From positions 1-38,576 of IMG/VR virus record IMGVR_UViG_3300045988_131186: a DNA stretch of 38,576 nucleotides. One strand, given 5' to 3'. Under the pieces are notes generated by a model, which worked only from the letters and a program-made list of their open reading frames with translations, had not been told where the DNA came from and made no database searches. Below, in pieces: positions 22,806-31,064 of this stretch; position 1 is the stretch's first letter; every line of letters starts with the position of its first letter. The position numbers and the translations under genes were made by a program. The DNA comes from a virus.

Positions 22806-24281
22806 ATGCTGCAAATGAACCAGAAAGCCCTGGAGGCTTATAACGCCGAAAATATCCAGAACCTGGTGGATAGGATCGCGCCTATTCTGGAGTACCGCCG
22901 CGAGATGTACAAGCGGTATTCCCGCAAAAACGGACTGTATGAGATCATCGGAGACGACGGCCAAAAGAAAACGGTGCCTTTTGAATACTACATCGCCAAT
23001 ATGGTGACCGGATACCTGAGCGGGAAGGCGCCGCAGTACAACGTACGCTGCCGCAACTGCGGAGAAGGCGGAGCGCACGATGAAGCGTATATCCGTGAGT
23101 TCAAATCCGCCATTGACCATATTCGCCGCTACAACGATGACGGGGCCACGTACATGGAACTTGTGCGGGATTATGTCGTCATGAGCGGCGCCTATTTGTA
23201 TGTGTACGAGAACAGCGATAACGAAATCGTGTATACCCGTTTCGATTCAAAGCAGACAGTTGGCATATGGGATTACTCGACGCCTGTAAATCTAATCGGG
23301 CTTGTGCGCATATGGAAGGAAGAGGACAGCGGTGGAAATCCTCAGTCCGTGATCGAGCTTTTGGCGCAATCAGGTACGCGCACGTTCCGTTCTTCCTCGG
23401 ACGGTTACAAGGAGGAAACCGGAGACAATGGCTCCACTTTATGGGACGGCATCCCGGCTGTGGCGTTTGAAAACCCGGACAACATCGCCATTTTTGAGCC
23501 TGGCCTAAGCGACATCAAGGATTTTGAGCAGATCCGCAAAAATATCCGCAGCATGACACAGGAAAATGATGAGGCGAAGCTGCTGCTGAGAGGCTACAAC
23601 TATGAGAATCAAGCCACCATCCTGAATGAGCAGGGAGAAATGGTTCCCAACCCGGCCCGCCTTGTGGAGGAACGGGCCATTCTGAACGCCCGCACCATCT
23701 CGGTGGACGATGATGGAGATATCCACTGGCTGCTGAAGGACGTCAACTATTCCGGCTTGCTGGATGTACTGAAAAGCCTGCACGATGAGATCACGATGCT
23801 GACAGGTGTGCCCAATATGACGGATGAGGCGTTCGCCAATGCGGACAACGCAAGCGCGCTGGGATATAAGCTGTATGCTCTGGACCAATACACGGCCAGC
23901 ATGGACCGAATCTTCCGAAAGGGGTATCTGGCTTTGTGGGAGCTGATCTGCGGCCGTCTTGCCAAGAAAGGACAGAAATTTGATTTCCGCGACATTGACG
24001 TTGTGATGCAGCGGAATATTCCGACCGACAAGGATAAATCCATCAACCGGGCGGCTACAATGAAAACCAGCGGCCTGTTCAGCGACGAGACATGCATCAG
24101 CGAGAGCCAGGTGGAGGTGGACCCTGCGGAGGAGATCGCCAAGCGTGACGCCGAAGCAGCGGCGAACTATGAGCTTGCCGTGGAGCGGGCAAAGGAACTT
24201 GGAAACGAAGACGATACACCCGGACAGGATGATGACAAAACAGGCGAGGACGGGGATTTGAATGGCACAGCAAGGCCGTAA
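22806..24281 (+). CDS. Portal protein (SPP1 gp6-like)
   Basis: 491 aa. Assigned from its position after TerL, its size, the N-terminal pattern ...YRREMYKRYSRK...FEYYIANMVTGYLSGKAP and an acidic C-terminus. Confidence 0.8.
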   Translation: MLQMNQKALEAYNAENIQNLVDRIAPILEYRREMYKRYSRKNGLYEIIGDDGQKKTVPFEYYIANMVTGYLSGKAPQYNVRCRNCGEGGAHDEAYIREFKSAIDHIRRYNDDGATYMELVRDYVVMSGAYLYVYENSDNEIVYTRFDSKQTVGIWDYSTPVNLIGLVRIWKEEDSGGNPQSVIELLAQSGTRTFRSSSDGYKEETGDNGSTLWDGIPAVAFENPDNIAIFEPGLSDIKDFEQIRKNIRSMTQENDEAKLLLRGYNYENQATILNEQGEMVPNPARLVEERAILNARTISVDDDGDIHWLLKDVNYSGLLDVLKSLHDEITMLTGVPNMTDEAFANADNASALGYKLYALDQYTASMDRIFRKGYLALWELICGRLAKKGQKFDFRDIDVVMQRNIPTDKDKSINRAATMKTSGLFSDETCISESQVEVDPAEEIAKRDAEAAANYELAVERAKELGNEDDTPGQDDDKTGEDGDLNGTARP

Positions 24282-25890
24282 CGATAATACATATGGCTTT
24301 GACGAGCTGGCCTTCTGGCGGCCCATCGATGCGGAAAACAGGCACGTATACAGGGCGGTCCTGCGGGAAAGCCGCGCGATACAGGATGAAGCACAGGACA
24401 TTCTCAACCGTTTTGCCGGTCTGTCCATGATGGGGCTTCTGCCCAAGGCGCAGGTAGAACGGCTGCACCGGGACATCGCACACTGGAAAAAACAAGGGGA
24501 GAGCACCAGCGAGCTGCGGCTGCTGATGCAGGACGCCCAGCGCCGGACAAGGATGCGCTGCGACGAGGCAATGCTGCTGTACCTGATGCATGTTGTTTCT
24601 GACAGCTATGCCAGAATTTCAGAGACAGACCGCGACGCCCTGCTGAACGCCTCCAGAATCGCCTACAAGCGCGCTTTTGCCGAGGGGAATGAAATTACAC
24701 GGCTCGGAACCAAAAACGCTCCTGGGGCCAAATTTGTGCGGGATACGCTTTCAAACAATCCATTGCCCACGGGCCTTACGTATGAGCAGGCACTGGCTGC
24801 GGATGCGGCATACCGGGCAAGAGAGATCACCAAGCAGGCCGTTGTCGATTCATCCCAGGGAAAAGAGCTTTCCATGGACAGCGAACCGATGCAGGCTATT
24901 TTGAGGCGGCAGCGGGCATGGCAGCTTCGTGAGGTGAAAGAAGCGCCGGAGGAACGCGAGGTACAGAATCCCCCGGAGGAGCGCGAGACACGGGAAGCGC
25001 CAGAGAACCGCGAGGAGCGGGAAGCACCGGGAAGCAGATTCACGGGTTATTACGATATGGTGATGGGCTTCATCGTGGGGCACACGGTGGTTCAGGCATT
25101 CATAGATGCGGGCGTGAAAGCGTACCGGTTCATAGCGACCATCGACGACCGCACAACGAGCGAATGCCGGGCGCTGCACGGCAAGGTGTTCCGGATGGAA
25201 GAGCTGAAGCTGGGCATCAACGCCCCGCCCGTGTATCCTCCGCCGCACCCCTGCCGCAGCGTGATTCAGGCAGTGGAAGTTGCAGATACCGGGCAGCATG
25301 ATATAATAGGAATAGGACGAGGGACAGGGATTTCCTCTGATGGTGGCGCACTCGTTGAGAATGCAGTGAACGTTGGGCACATAAATTTCAATGATAGTAC
25401 TCAGGTGGAAGAACAATTCCGGGATTTCATAGACAAAAACAGGGATTCAGACCATGAAAGTATCCGCATTATCACAAAGTCAGGCGATGTGTACGATATT
25501 TTGGGTGGTCAGGTACGCATAAATCTTGAGGGAATGGATGATTTTCTGGACGGCGCAAAGACTATTCACAACCATCCGACAGGGTATTCAGAGTATTCAT
25601 TCAGCTCGGACAGGCAGGACGATGATATCCCCAGTTTTTTCCGTGAAAACGGTTCTATGATGGAGGCTTTTGATGAAAAATATAGATATCGTTTTAATCG
25701 ACCCGCAAATGTGACGCTGGAACAATGGAACGAAGCATATGCGGCCTCCGATAAGATTGCCTTTGAAATGCTTGATGCTGAAGGCTACAGCCTTGACGAT
25801 GACCTGGTTACTTTGCTTCAGCATTACAAGATATTGGGTACGTGCAAAAGTTTGGGAATTGATGGGAGTTATATGAGATGGGAATTTTAA
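24262..25890 (+). CDS. MuF/SPP1 gp7-like minor head protein with a C-terminal extension domain (HNHPTG motif)
   Basis: 542 aa. MuF core signature IATIDDRTTSECRALHGKVF...PPPHPCRSV (res ~290-334). Residues ~345-542 form an extra, AT-richer domain containing E399...H436-N-H-P-T-G...S-S-D450. Confidence 0.85.
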   Translation: MAQQGRNDNTYGFDELAFWRPIDAENRHVYRAVLRESRAIQDEAQDILNRFAGLSMMGLLPKAQVERLHRDIAHWKKQGESTSELRLLMQDAQRRTRMRCDEAMLLYLMHVVSDSYARISETDRDALLNASRIAYKRAFAEGNEITRLGTKNAPGAKFVRDTLSNNPLPTGLTYEQALAADAAYRAREITKQAVVDSSQGKELSMDSEPMQAILRRQRAWQLREVKEAPEEREVQNPPEERETREAPENREEREAPGSRFTGYYDMVMGFIVGHTVVQAFIDAGVKAYRFIATIDDRTTSECRALHGKVFRMEELKLGINAPPVYPPPHPCRSVIQAVEVADTGQHDIIGIGRGTGISSDGGALVENAVNVGHINFNDSTQVEEQFRDFIDKNRDSDHESIRIITKSGDVYDILGGQVRINLEGMDDFLDGAKTIHNHPTGYSEYSFSSDRQDDDIPSFFRENGSMMEAFDEKYRYRFNRPANVTLEQWNEAYAASDKIAFEMLDAEGYSLDDDLVTLLQHYKILGTCKSLGIDGSYMRWEF

Positions 25891-26075
25891 ACGAAGAAGC
25901 AAAAAAAGAACTCACCAAACTGGAACAGGAGTACAAGAGGCAACTTAATGAGCTTATGAAAGGCACTCCATCCGCTCCTTTTTCACATGAAAAGTACAAA
26001 GAACGCGGAATCCTATACAGGGAATATTGCCAAAAAGTCTCTCAGGCAATAAAGCGATATAGCAGCAAGGACTGA
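25878..26075 (+). CDS. Small hypothetical protein overlapping the MuF stop (candidate immunity/partner protein)
   Basis: 65 aa, helical and charged (EEAKKELTKLEQEYKRQLNELMK). 13-nt overlap with the MuF gene. Same AT-rich composition as the MuF C-terminal extension. Followed by terminators. Confidence 0.5.
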   Translation: MGILNEEAKKELTKLEQEYKRQLNELMKGTPSAPFSHEKYKERGILYREYCQKVSQAIKRYSSKD

Positions 26076-26104
26076 ACCACCACCCATGAGGCGGTGGTTT
26101 TTTC
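26075..26104 (+). terminator. Rho-independent terminator
   Basis: aaccacc...ggtggtt hairpin followed by a T7 run. Confidence 0.7.
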
Positions 26105-26129
26105 ATGCCCAAAATTCAATCAATAGCAC

Positions 26130-26160
26130 AAGGCCCACGCTTCGGCGGCGGGCCTTTTGT
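26130..26160 (+). terminator. Second tandem terminator-like hairpin (UUCG loop)
   Basis: aaggccc-a-cgc-ttcg-gcg-gc-gggcctt followed by ttgt. Confidence 0.5.
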
Positions 26161-26177
26161 TATACACGCATCCAAAA

Positions 26178-26229
26178 AAATAAGCCGGCGGGCGTAAAAC
26201 GCAAATAAGCCGTGCGGGCGTAAAACGCA
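26178..26229 (+). repeat. Tandem direct repeat (2 copies of 26-27 bp) abutting the scaffold gene RBS
   Basis: aaataagccggcgggcgtaaaacgca (26178-26203) and aaataagccgtgcgggcgtaaaacgca (26203-26229). The copies share one base and differ by one substitution plus one inserted base. Confidence 0.85.
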
Positions 26230-26239
26230 GGAGAAGAAC

Positions 26240-26863
26240 ATGGACGAAAACAATATCACACAGGAACAGGCCACTATTACGGTTCAGAATGGGCAGGCCC
26301 AGGAACCTGCGGCGGGCGCCGGCGCTGCACAGCAGCCCGCTGCCTCTGCTGCCGCTCCGGAGAAAAAGCCGGAGCGCACGTTCACCCGGGAGGACGTGAA
26401 TAAAATGATCGCCGCAGAGGTCGGCAAGGCCCTCCAGAAGCAGCAGGAGGCCGACAGGCTGGCGAACATGACCGAGGCCGAGCGCGTACAGCACGAGCAT
26501 GATGAGGCCATCCGGCGGGCCGATGAAGCGGAGCAGGCGCTGAATGCCTACAAGCTGCAGGCCGAAGCATCCAAGCTGGCCAACGCCGCCGGGCTGCCCC
26601 TGGAATTTCTGGACACCATCGACTTCCGCACCGCCAAGGCCGAAACGGTGAAGGGGACTGTTGAAAATCTGGCGTCCGTGTTCAAAAAGGCGGTCGAGGC
26701 CGCTGTAAATGAGCGCCTGAAGCAGCCTGCGCCAAAGACCGTGGCCGCGCAGGTGCAGACCGAGCGCCAGCGGCTTGAAAAGCAGGCCGCTGACCTGAAC
26801 GTGCCGCTGGCCCAGCGGGTGGCGGCGAAGAACAAACTTTTCAGCATTCAGAAGGAGGACTAA
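26240..26863 (+). CDS. Capsid scaffolding protein (DUF4355-like)
   Basis: 207 aa, helical and Ala/Glu/Gln-rich. FTREDVNKMIAAEVGKALQK is typical of the family. Lies directly upstream of the major capsid gene. Confidence 0.8.
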   Translation: MDENNITQEQATITVQNGQAQEPAAGAGAAQQPAASAAAPEKKPERTFTREDVNKMIAAEVGKALQKQQEADRLANMTEAERVQHEHDEAIRRADEAEQALNAYKLQAEASKLANAAGLPLEFLDTIDFRTAKAETVKGTVENLASVFKKAVEAAVNERLKQPAPKTVAAQVQTERQRLEKQAADLNVPLAQRVAAKNKLFSIQKED

Positions 26864-26869
26864 AAGACT

Positions 26870-27817
26870 ATGGCAAACATTACGACCACGGGCTCCGTTT
26901 GGAACCTGCCCAACTATGCGGGTGAGCTGTTCACTGCCGACGCAGTGAATACCCCTATCCTGTCGGCCATTGGCGGCCTGACCGAAGGCGGCATGCAGAC
27001 GGAGGACTTCGAGTTCCCGACTGACAGCCAGTACAATTTCCCCGAAGCGGCACAGCCTGCGATCACGGAGACTGCATCGCTGACTGCGCCTGCGCCGGTT
27101 GGAATCGTACGCAGCCAGAACACCAACGTGACGCAGATTTTCCACGAATCTGTGGATATCAGCTACGTGAAGATGTCAAACGCCGGACGCATGAGCGGCC
27201 TGAACACCGCCGGGCAGGAGAATAACGTCCCCAATGAGAAAGATTTCCAGATTGCCAAGGCGCTGCAGAAGATTGCCCGCGATGTGGAGTACACCATCAT
27301 CAACGGCGTATACGCCAAGGCTACCGCTGCGAATGTGGCCAACAAAACGCGCGGCCTTCTGGCGCTGTGCGCTGGCGACGGCGGCACAAACGTCGCGGCT
27401 GGGAGCAAAGCTCTTACCAAGGCGCTGATGCAGCAGCTTTTCAAGAAAATGTATGATGCGGGAGCCATCTTCAGCAACATGGTTTTGTGGACCGGCAGCA
27501 CGCAGAAACAGCTCATCACGGATATCTATTCCTACGCGCCGACGGACCGCAACATCGGAGGCACCAATATCAAGCAGATCGAGACGGACTTCGGCAATAT
27601 CGGCATTGCCCTGAACCGTTTCATGCCGCAGACGGCGGTGCTCGCCGTAGAAATGAGCGCCGTGCGCCCGGTGTTCCAGCCTGTGCCGGGTAAAGGCAAT
27701 TTCTTCTATGAGGAGCTTGCCAAGACGGGCGCCAGCGAGAAAGGCCAGATCTTCGGCCAGTTCGGCCTGGACCACGGCCCTGCGTTCCTGCACGGCTCCA
27801 TCACCGGCTTGACCTGA
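26870..27817 (+). CDS. Major capsid protein (SU10/DUF5309-like)
   Basis: 315 aa. RBS aaggagg. The N-terminal pattern WNLPNYAGELFTADAVNTPILSAIGG is characteristic of this capsid family (recalled). Confidence 0.85.
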   Translation: MANITTTGSVWNLPNYAGELFTADAVNTPILSAIGGLTEGGMQTEDFEFPTDSQYNFPEAAQPAITETASLTAPAPVGIVRSQNTNVTQIFHESVDISYVKMSNAGRMSGLNTAGQENNVPNEKDFQIAKALQKIARDVEYTIINGVYAKATAANVANKTRGLLALCAGDGGTNVAAGSKALTKALMQQLFKKMYDAGAIFSNMVLWTGSTQKQLITDIYSYAPTDRNIGGTNIKQIETDFGNIGIALNRFMPQTAVLAVEMSAVRPVFQPVPGKGNFFYEELAKTGASEKGQIFGQFGLDHGPAFLHGSITGLT

Positions 27818-27832
27818 TAGGAGGGAACGAAC

Positions 27833-27970
27833 ATGACCCCTGATGAAATCATGAAGATGGAAGGAATTGCGCCGGAGCTGCGCAAGGTTCTCGCAGAGAT
27901 GGTTTCCGGAACCGCGTCGCTTGACGCTCGTATAACCGCGCTGGAAGAAGCCGCGGCGCCCGGCTCGTAA
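27833..27970 (+). CDS. Small hypothetical protein (45 aa; below the ORF-track cut-off)
   Basis: Hand translation MTPDEIMKMEGIAPELRKVLAEMVSGTASLDARITALEEAAAPGS. RBS aggaggg lies 6 nt upstream. Confidence 0.5.
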   Translation: MTPDEIMKMEGIAPELRKVLAEMVSGTASLDARITALEEAAAPGS

Positions 27971-27986
27971 GGGAGGCTGATGTGCG

Positions 27987-28298
27987 ATGAAGCCCGAAGA
28001 AAAGGAAAAGCAGTTGGACATCATCCGACGCCAGTTGGGATTGTCCGAAGCGGGCGAGGAGCTTGGCGACCTGTTCGACGGGCTTCTCGCCTCCGCCCTG
28101 ATGCACGGCAACCGCACCAGTACCCCGGATGCGCTGCTGAAGCTGGTGCGGGACGCTGTATGCGCAGCGTGGCGCCGCCGCGGCGATGAGGGCAGCACCG
28201 GCAGCACGGCGGGCGGCCAGAGCTATACCTACGAGGATATTGAAGCTACTCTGCACAAAAACATCGTGGCAGCAGGATTGCGGGTGCTGCGGCTATGA
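27987..28298 (+). CDS. Head-tail connector (gp6-like adaptor) protein
   Basis: 103 aa. RBS agggagg. Assigned from size and position after the capsid gene. The alternative ATG at 27980 gives an Arg-rich, implausible frame. Confidence 0.55.
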   Translation: MKPEEKEKQLDIIRRQLGLSEAGEELGDLFDGLLASALMHGNRTSTPDALLKLVRDAVCAAWRRRGDEGSTGSTAGGQSYTYEDIEATLHKNIVAAGLRVLRL

Positions 28299-28678
28299 AA
28301 CTGGAAAACAACAGCACCGTGTGGGTGACGACGCCCCACACCGCGCGGATCAGAGCGCAGGAGGAGACCGTATACACCCGCCTGCGTGCGGTGGAGATCA
28401 ATGTTCAGACTGACCGCTCCGAAGTCGATGTCCAGGCGTACGGCAAGACCGTGAACGAGCTTATAAAACTGCGCAGCGAGACGTTGCCGGACATAGGCAA
28501 GGATGACCGTCTGTACATGACGCAGCCTGCGGTGCAGCGCACCGTAGAGATGCACGGGGAAGCTATGGAGGATTACGGACAGGGAGAATACCGCGTGGAA
28601 GCCGTGCGCAGCGTGTTCATAGGCGGCATACATCCCAAAAACCCAACGTTGATAGAGGCGGTGCGTGTGAAATGGTGA
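28295..28678 (+). CDS. Putative head-closure / head-tail joining protein
   Basis: 127 aa. ATGA overlap with the previous gene. The call rests on position only. Confidence 0.45.
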   Translation: MKLENNSTVWVTTPHTARIRAQEETVYTRLRAVEINVQTDRSEVDVQAYGKTVNELIKLRSETLPDIGKDDRLYMTQPAVQRTVEMHGEAMEDYGQGEYRVEAVRSVFIGGIHPKNPTLIEAVRVKW

Positions 28679-29211
28679 CCTTCGATTTCAAACGTACAGG
28701 GCCGGGACTGCAGCGCATTATCGACGGTTTGCCGGGGGCAGCAGAGCGCGGTGTGCGGCGCGCCTTGGACGACACGGCGAAGCTGGCCATCCGGATGGCT
28801 CCCAATGTCGTTGGGAAGTGCATCAAGGTCGAGATGCTGAACAGTGAGACCGGGGAAATCGTCGGGCGCGTCTACACCGATACCGGCGTCACGAGCTTTG
28901 CACCATATGTGGAATTTGGAACAGGCGTCAAGGTGGATGACCAGGGCAACCCGGAGGCTATACGCCTCAAGCGTGCCAAGCAAATTCCATGGTTTATCCA
29001 TGTAAGCATGGTGCCGCGCAGTTTCGCAAAATACGGATATCCGCTTGTCGTGGGGCGCGACGGGGCGCAATACTGGGTCGTAGACGGCATGAAGCCGCAT
29101 CCGTATTTCCACCCGGCGGCATTCAACCGCCGCGGGGACAACGTAGATGCCGTGAAGCAGGAGATCATCGCCCTTGTGACCGGAGGAGGTGGCGCGACTA
29201 ATGCTTCATAG
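28672..29211 (+). CDS. HK97 gp10-family tail-component protein
   Basis: 179 aa. Family hallmark FAPYVEFGTG, and HPYFHPA. Confidence 0.7.
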   Translation: MVTFDFKRTGPGLQRIIDGLPGAAERGVRRALDDTAKLAIRMAPNVVGKCIKVEMLNSETGEIVGRVYTDTGVTSFAPYVEFGTGVKVDDQGNPEAIRLKRAKQIPWFIHVSMVPRSFAKYGYPLVVGRDGAQYWVVDGMKPHPYFHPAAFNRRGDNVDAVKQEIIALVTGGGGATNAS

Positions 29212-29273
29212 GAGCGCCAAACACTGTTTTTCGCGCATCGAAAACCGAGATGGAATCGAGGAGGTGGCACTGG

Positions 29274-29675
29274 ATGAATGATCCACTGCACACATTGAAT
29301 CAGGCGGAGCTTGCCGTGATGTTCTGGCAGGCAGTGGTGGATTCGGGCCTGTTCCCGGACGGAGAAAGCGTGATGCTGGAAAATCCCAGCACCCGCGCCG
29401 TATTTCCGTGCTGCACGCTTTCCGTGCCGCTGGCGCGCCCCCTATATATGGGGAGAGCCTACGATATCTCTATCACGGTTGAGGTGTGGGCGGACAAGCA
29501 GCTTGACGCCGTGCGCCTGTTTGAACAGCTCCGCACAGAGCTGGAAAAACTGAACCTGCGGCAGACCGGGAACGTGCCCAGCCAGCAGGACGATATCACG
29601 GAAAAATGGCGTTTCGGAGGGTACTTTGAGGTCCGCTGGAACGCCATTGACAACACTTTTGAAAGAAACAACTGA
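29274..29675 (+). CDS. Putative tail completion/terminator protein
   Basis: 133 aa from ATG 29274 (RBS ggaggtgg); the ORF track extends to 29250. The call rests on position only. Confidence 0.45.
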   Translation: MNDPLHTLNQAELAVMFWQAVVDSGLFPDGESVMLENPSTRAVFPCCTLSVPLARPLYMGRAYDISITVEVWADKQLDAVRLFEQLRTELEKLNLRQTGNVPSQQDDITEKWRFGGYFEVRWNAIDNTFERNN

Positions 29676-29691
29676 ACTGGAGGGATATACT

Positions 29692-30168
29692 TTGGCGAAA
29701 TACAATGCAGAATTTACGCCTCCGTCCGCAACGATGCTGACCGAGCTTTACTATGCGGAGACGGACACCGTTGCGCCCACTCAGGTGTTCGGCGTACAGG
29801 GCATCCCGGAGGTGGACACGCCCCCGGACGACATCACATACCGCACGCTGGAAAGCGACGTCGAGTACGGCGTCCCGGGCGTGAAGCCGTTCAGCGCCAT
29901 CGAGGTGGAGATCCTCTACTACAAAGAGCAGTACACGGCGCTGAAAGCGCTGGAGGGCAAAAACCTGTTCTGGTACGTAAAACTGCCGGACGGTAGCGCC
30001 GGCAGCACGCCTGCGGCAAAATCACTCGTGAAAAAGTGGAAAGGAGATTTCCGCATCACGCTGGCGGCCCTGGAGCTGGACGACATGGTGAAATGTACGC
30101 TGAAAATCTATAAGGCCACTGCACCTGAAGATCTGACGACCGGACTTCCCACCGGAGGCGGCGGCTGA
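29692..30168 (+). CDS. Putative major tail (tube) protein
   Basis: 158 aa from TTG 29692, 6 nt after ggaggg; the ORF track extends to 29626 and overlaps the previous gene. Lies directly upstream of the chaperone/tape-measure genes. Confidence 0.55.
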   Translation: MAKYNAEFTPPSATMLTELYYAETDTVAPTQVFGVQGIPEVDTPPDDITYRTLESDVEYGVPGVKPFSAIEVEILYYKEQYTALKALEGKNLFWYVKLPDGSAGSTPAAKSLVKKWKGDFRITLAALELDDMVKCTLKIYKATAPEDLTTGLPTGGGG

Positions 30169-30194
30169 TACTCGATGGACTACCTGACGGTAGT

Positions 30195-30226
30195 CCGCAG
30201 CATATGCTTACAACCGTATGCTGCGG
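30195..30226 (+). other. Perfect 10-bp stem-loop after the major tail gene (attenuator-type hairpin, no T-run)
   Basis: ccgcagcata (30195-30204) pairs with tatgctgcgg (30217-30226) around a 12-nt loop. Confidence 0.5.
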
Positions 30227-30273
30227 AGTGCCGTTTCGGCCTGAAAATACACAACAATCTGGAGGAAATGTAA

Positions 30274-30699
30274 ATGCTTATCGTGACAAAAGAAAAAGAA
30301 ATAGAGCTGAAGCTGAAAACCCGCTTGATGCTGCTCCTGGAGGAACGGCTGCATATCGAGGACACGCAGCTCTTTTGGCAGAAGGCCGCGCAGGCAGGGA
30401 ACATCCGTATCCTGACCACGGCGGTACTGATTCTTTCCGACGGCGCTCTGAAGAAGCTGGAGGACGCCGCGGACCTGCTGGACGCATATCTGGAGGAAAA
30501 CAGCGAGGTGTCGGTACAGAATTTGTACATCGACCTTTTGACGGAGATCAATGAACGCGGTTTTTTCGGCCGGAAGATGACGAAGGAGCGCCTGAAGGCA
30601 TGGCTGGAGGAGCCGGCGCTGGAGTTGGGCGAGATCGTCAACCGCGCGGTGGACAAGGTAGCCGAAGGCATGGTAGCCTCCGAACTTGGCGCGCGGTAA
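30274..30699 (+). CDS. Tail assembly chaperone (gpG analogue)
   Basis: 141 aa. RBS ggagga. Lies immediately upstream of the tape measure and overlaps an ORF in the -1 frame. Confidence 0.7.
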   Translation: MLIVTKEKEIELKLKTRLMLLLEERLHIEDTQLFWQKAAQAGNIRILTTAVLILSDGALKKLEDAADLLDAYLEENSEVSVQNLYIDLLTEINERGFFGRKMTKERLKAWLEEPALELGEIVNRAVDKVAEGMVASELGAR

Positions 30700-31010
30700 T
30701 CGACGCCAGCCGGGCGGCCGCCTATGCATGCGGTATATCCCCGCTGGAATTTGGGGAAATGACGCACAGGGAGATAGGCGAATACGTGCAGGCACAGAAC
30801 GACCGGCAGGAAGAGGACTTCAAGAAACAGGCGATCCTGCTGGATGGGCTGTACCGGCAATGGATATCCACGCAGCAGAAAAAACCGAGAGTGCTCAACC
30901 TGAAAGAACTGTATCCGAGCCTGTTTGGGAAAAAGTCTCCCAGACATATGACGCCGGAAGAACGGCGCGCCGCTGAAATTGAAGCATGGACAAAATTTTT
31001 GATGGGATGA
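30274..31010 (+). CDS. Tail assembly chaperone G-T fusion, produced by a -1 frameshift near 30567
   Basis: The -1 frame ORF (30555-31010) has no convincing RBS or start of its own. Its distal part (ISPLEFGEMTHREIGEYVQAQNDRQEEDFKK...) looks like genuine protein sequence. This is the canonical G/GT arrangement upstream of a tape-measure gene. Confidence 0.5.
30561..30567 (+). promoter_or_regulatory. Candidate -1 programmed frameshift slippery heptamer T_TTT_TTC
   Basis: In the zero frame the sequence reads ggT TTT TTC. The -1 frame has a stop at 30552-30554 and is then open to 31010. Confidence 0.5.
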
Positions 31011-31064
31011 CCCCGGCAGAATCTGCCGGGGTATTTCTGTATGTCGCCAGGGAGGTGAGGACAC

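Noticed and set aside
26120-28207. Long antisense ORFs: 26120-27145 and 27176-28207. Also 30180-31451, 12771-13703, 11701-12411, 14061-15060, 23505-24506, 5527-6276 and 2332-2988
   Set aside because: They lie opposite well-supported genes in GC-rich DNA. They are Arg/Pro/Gly/Cys-rich and lack RBSs. These are typical shadow ORFs.
30600-31010. ATG 30600 as an independent start for the gpT-like ORF
   Set aside because: It has no RBS and lies 100 nt inside gpG. Its first ~30 residues are Gly/Arg low complexity. The frameshift model fits the conserved G/GT paradigm better.
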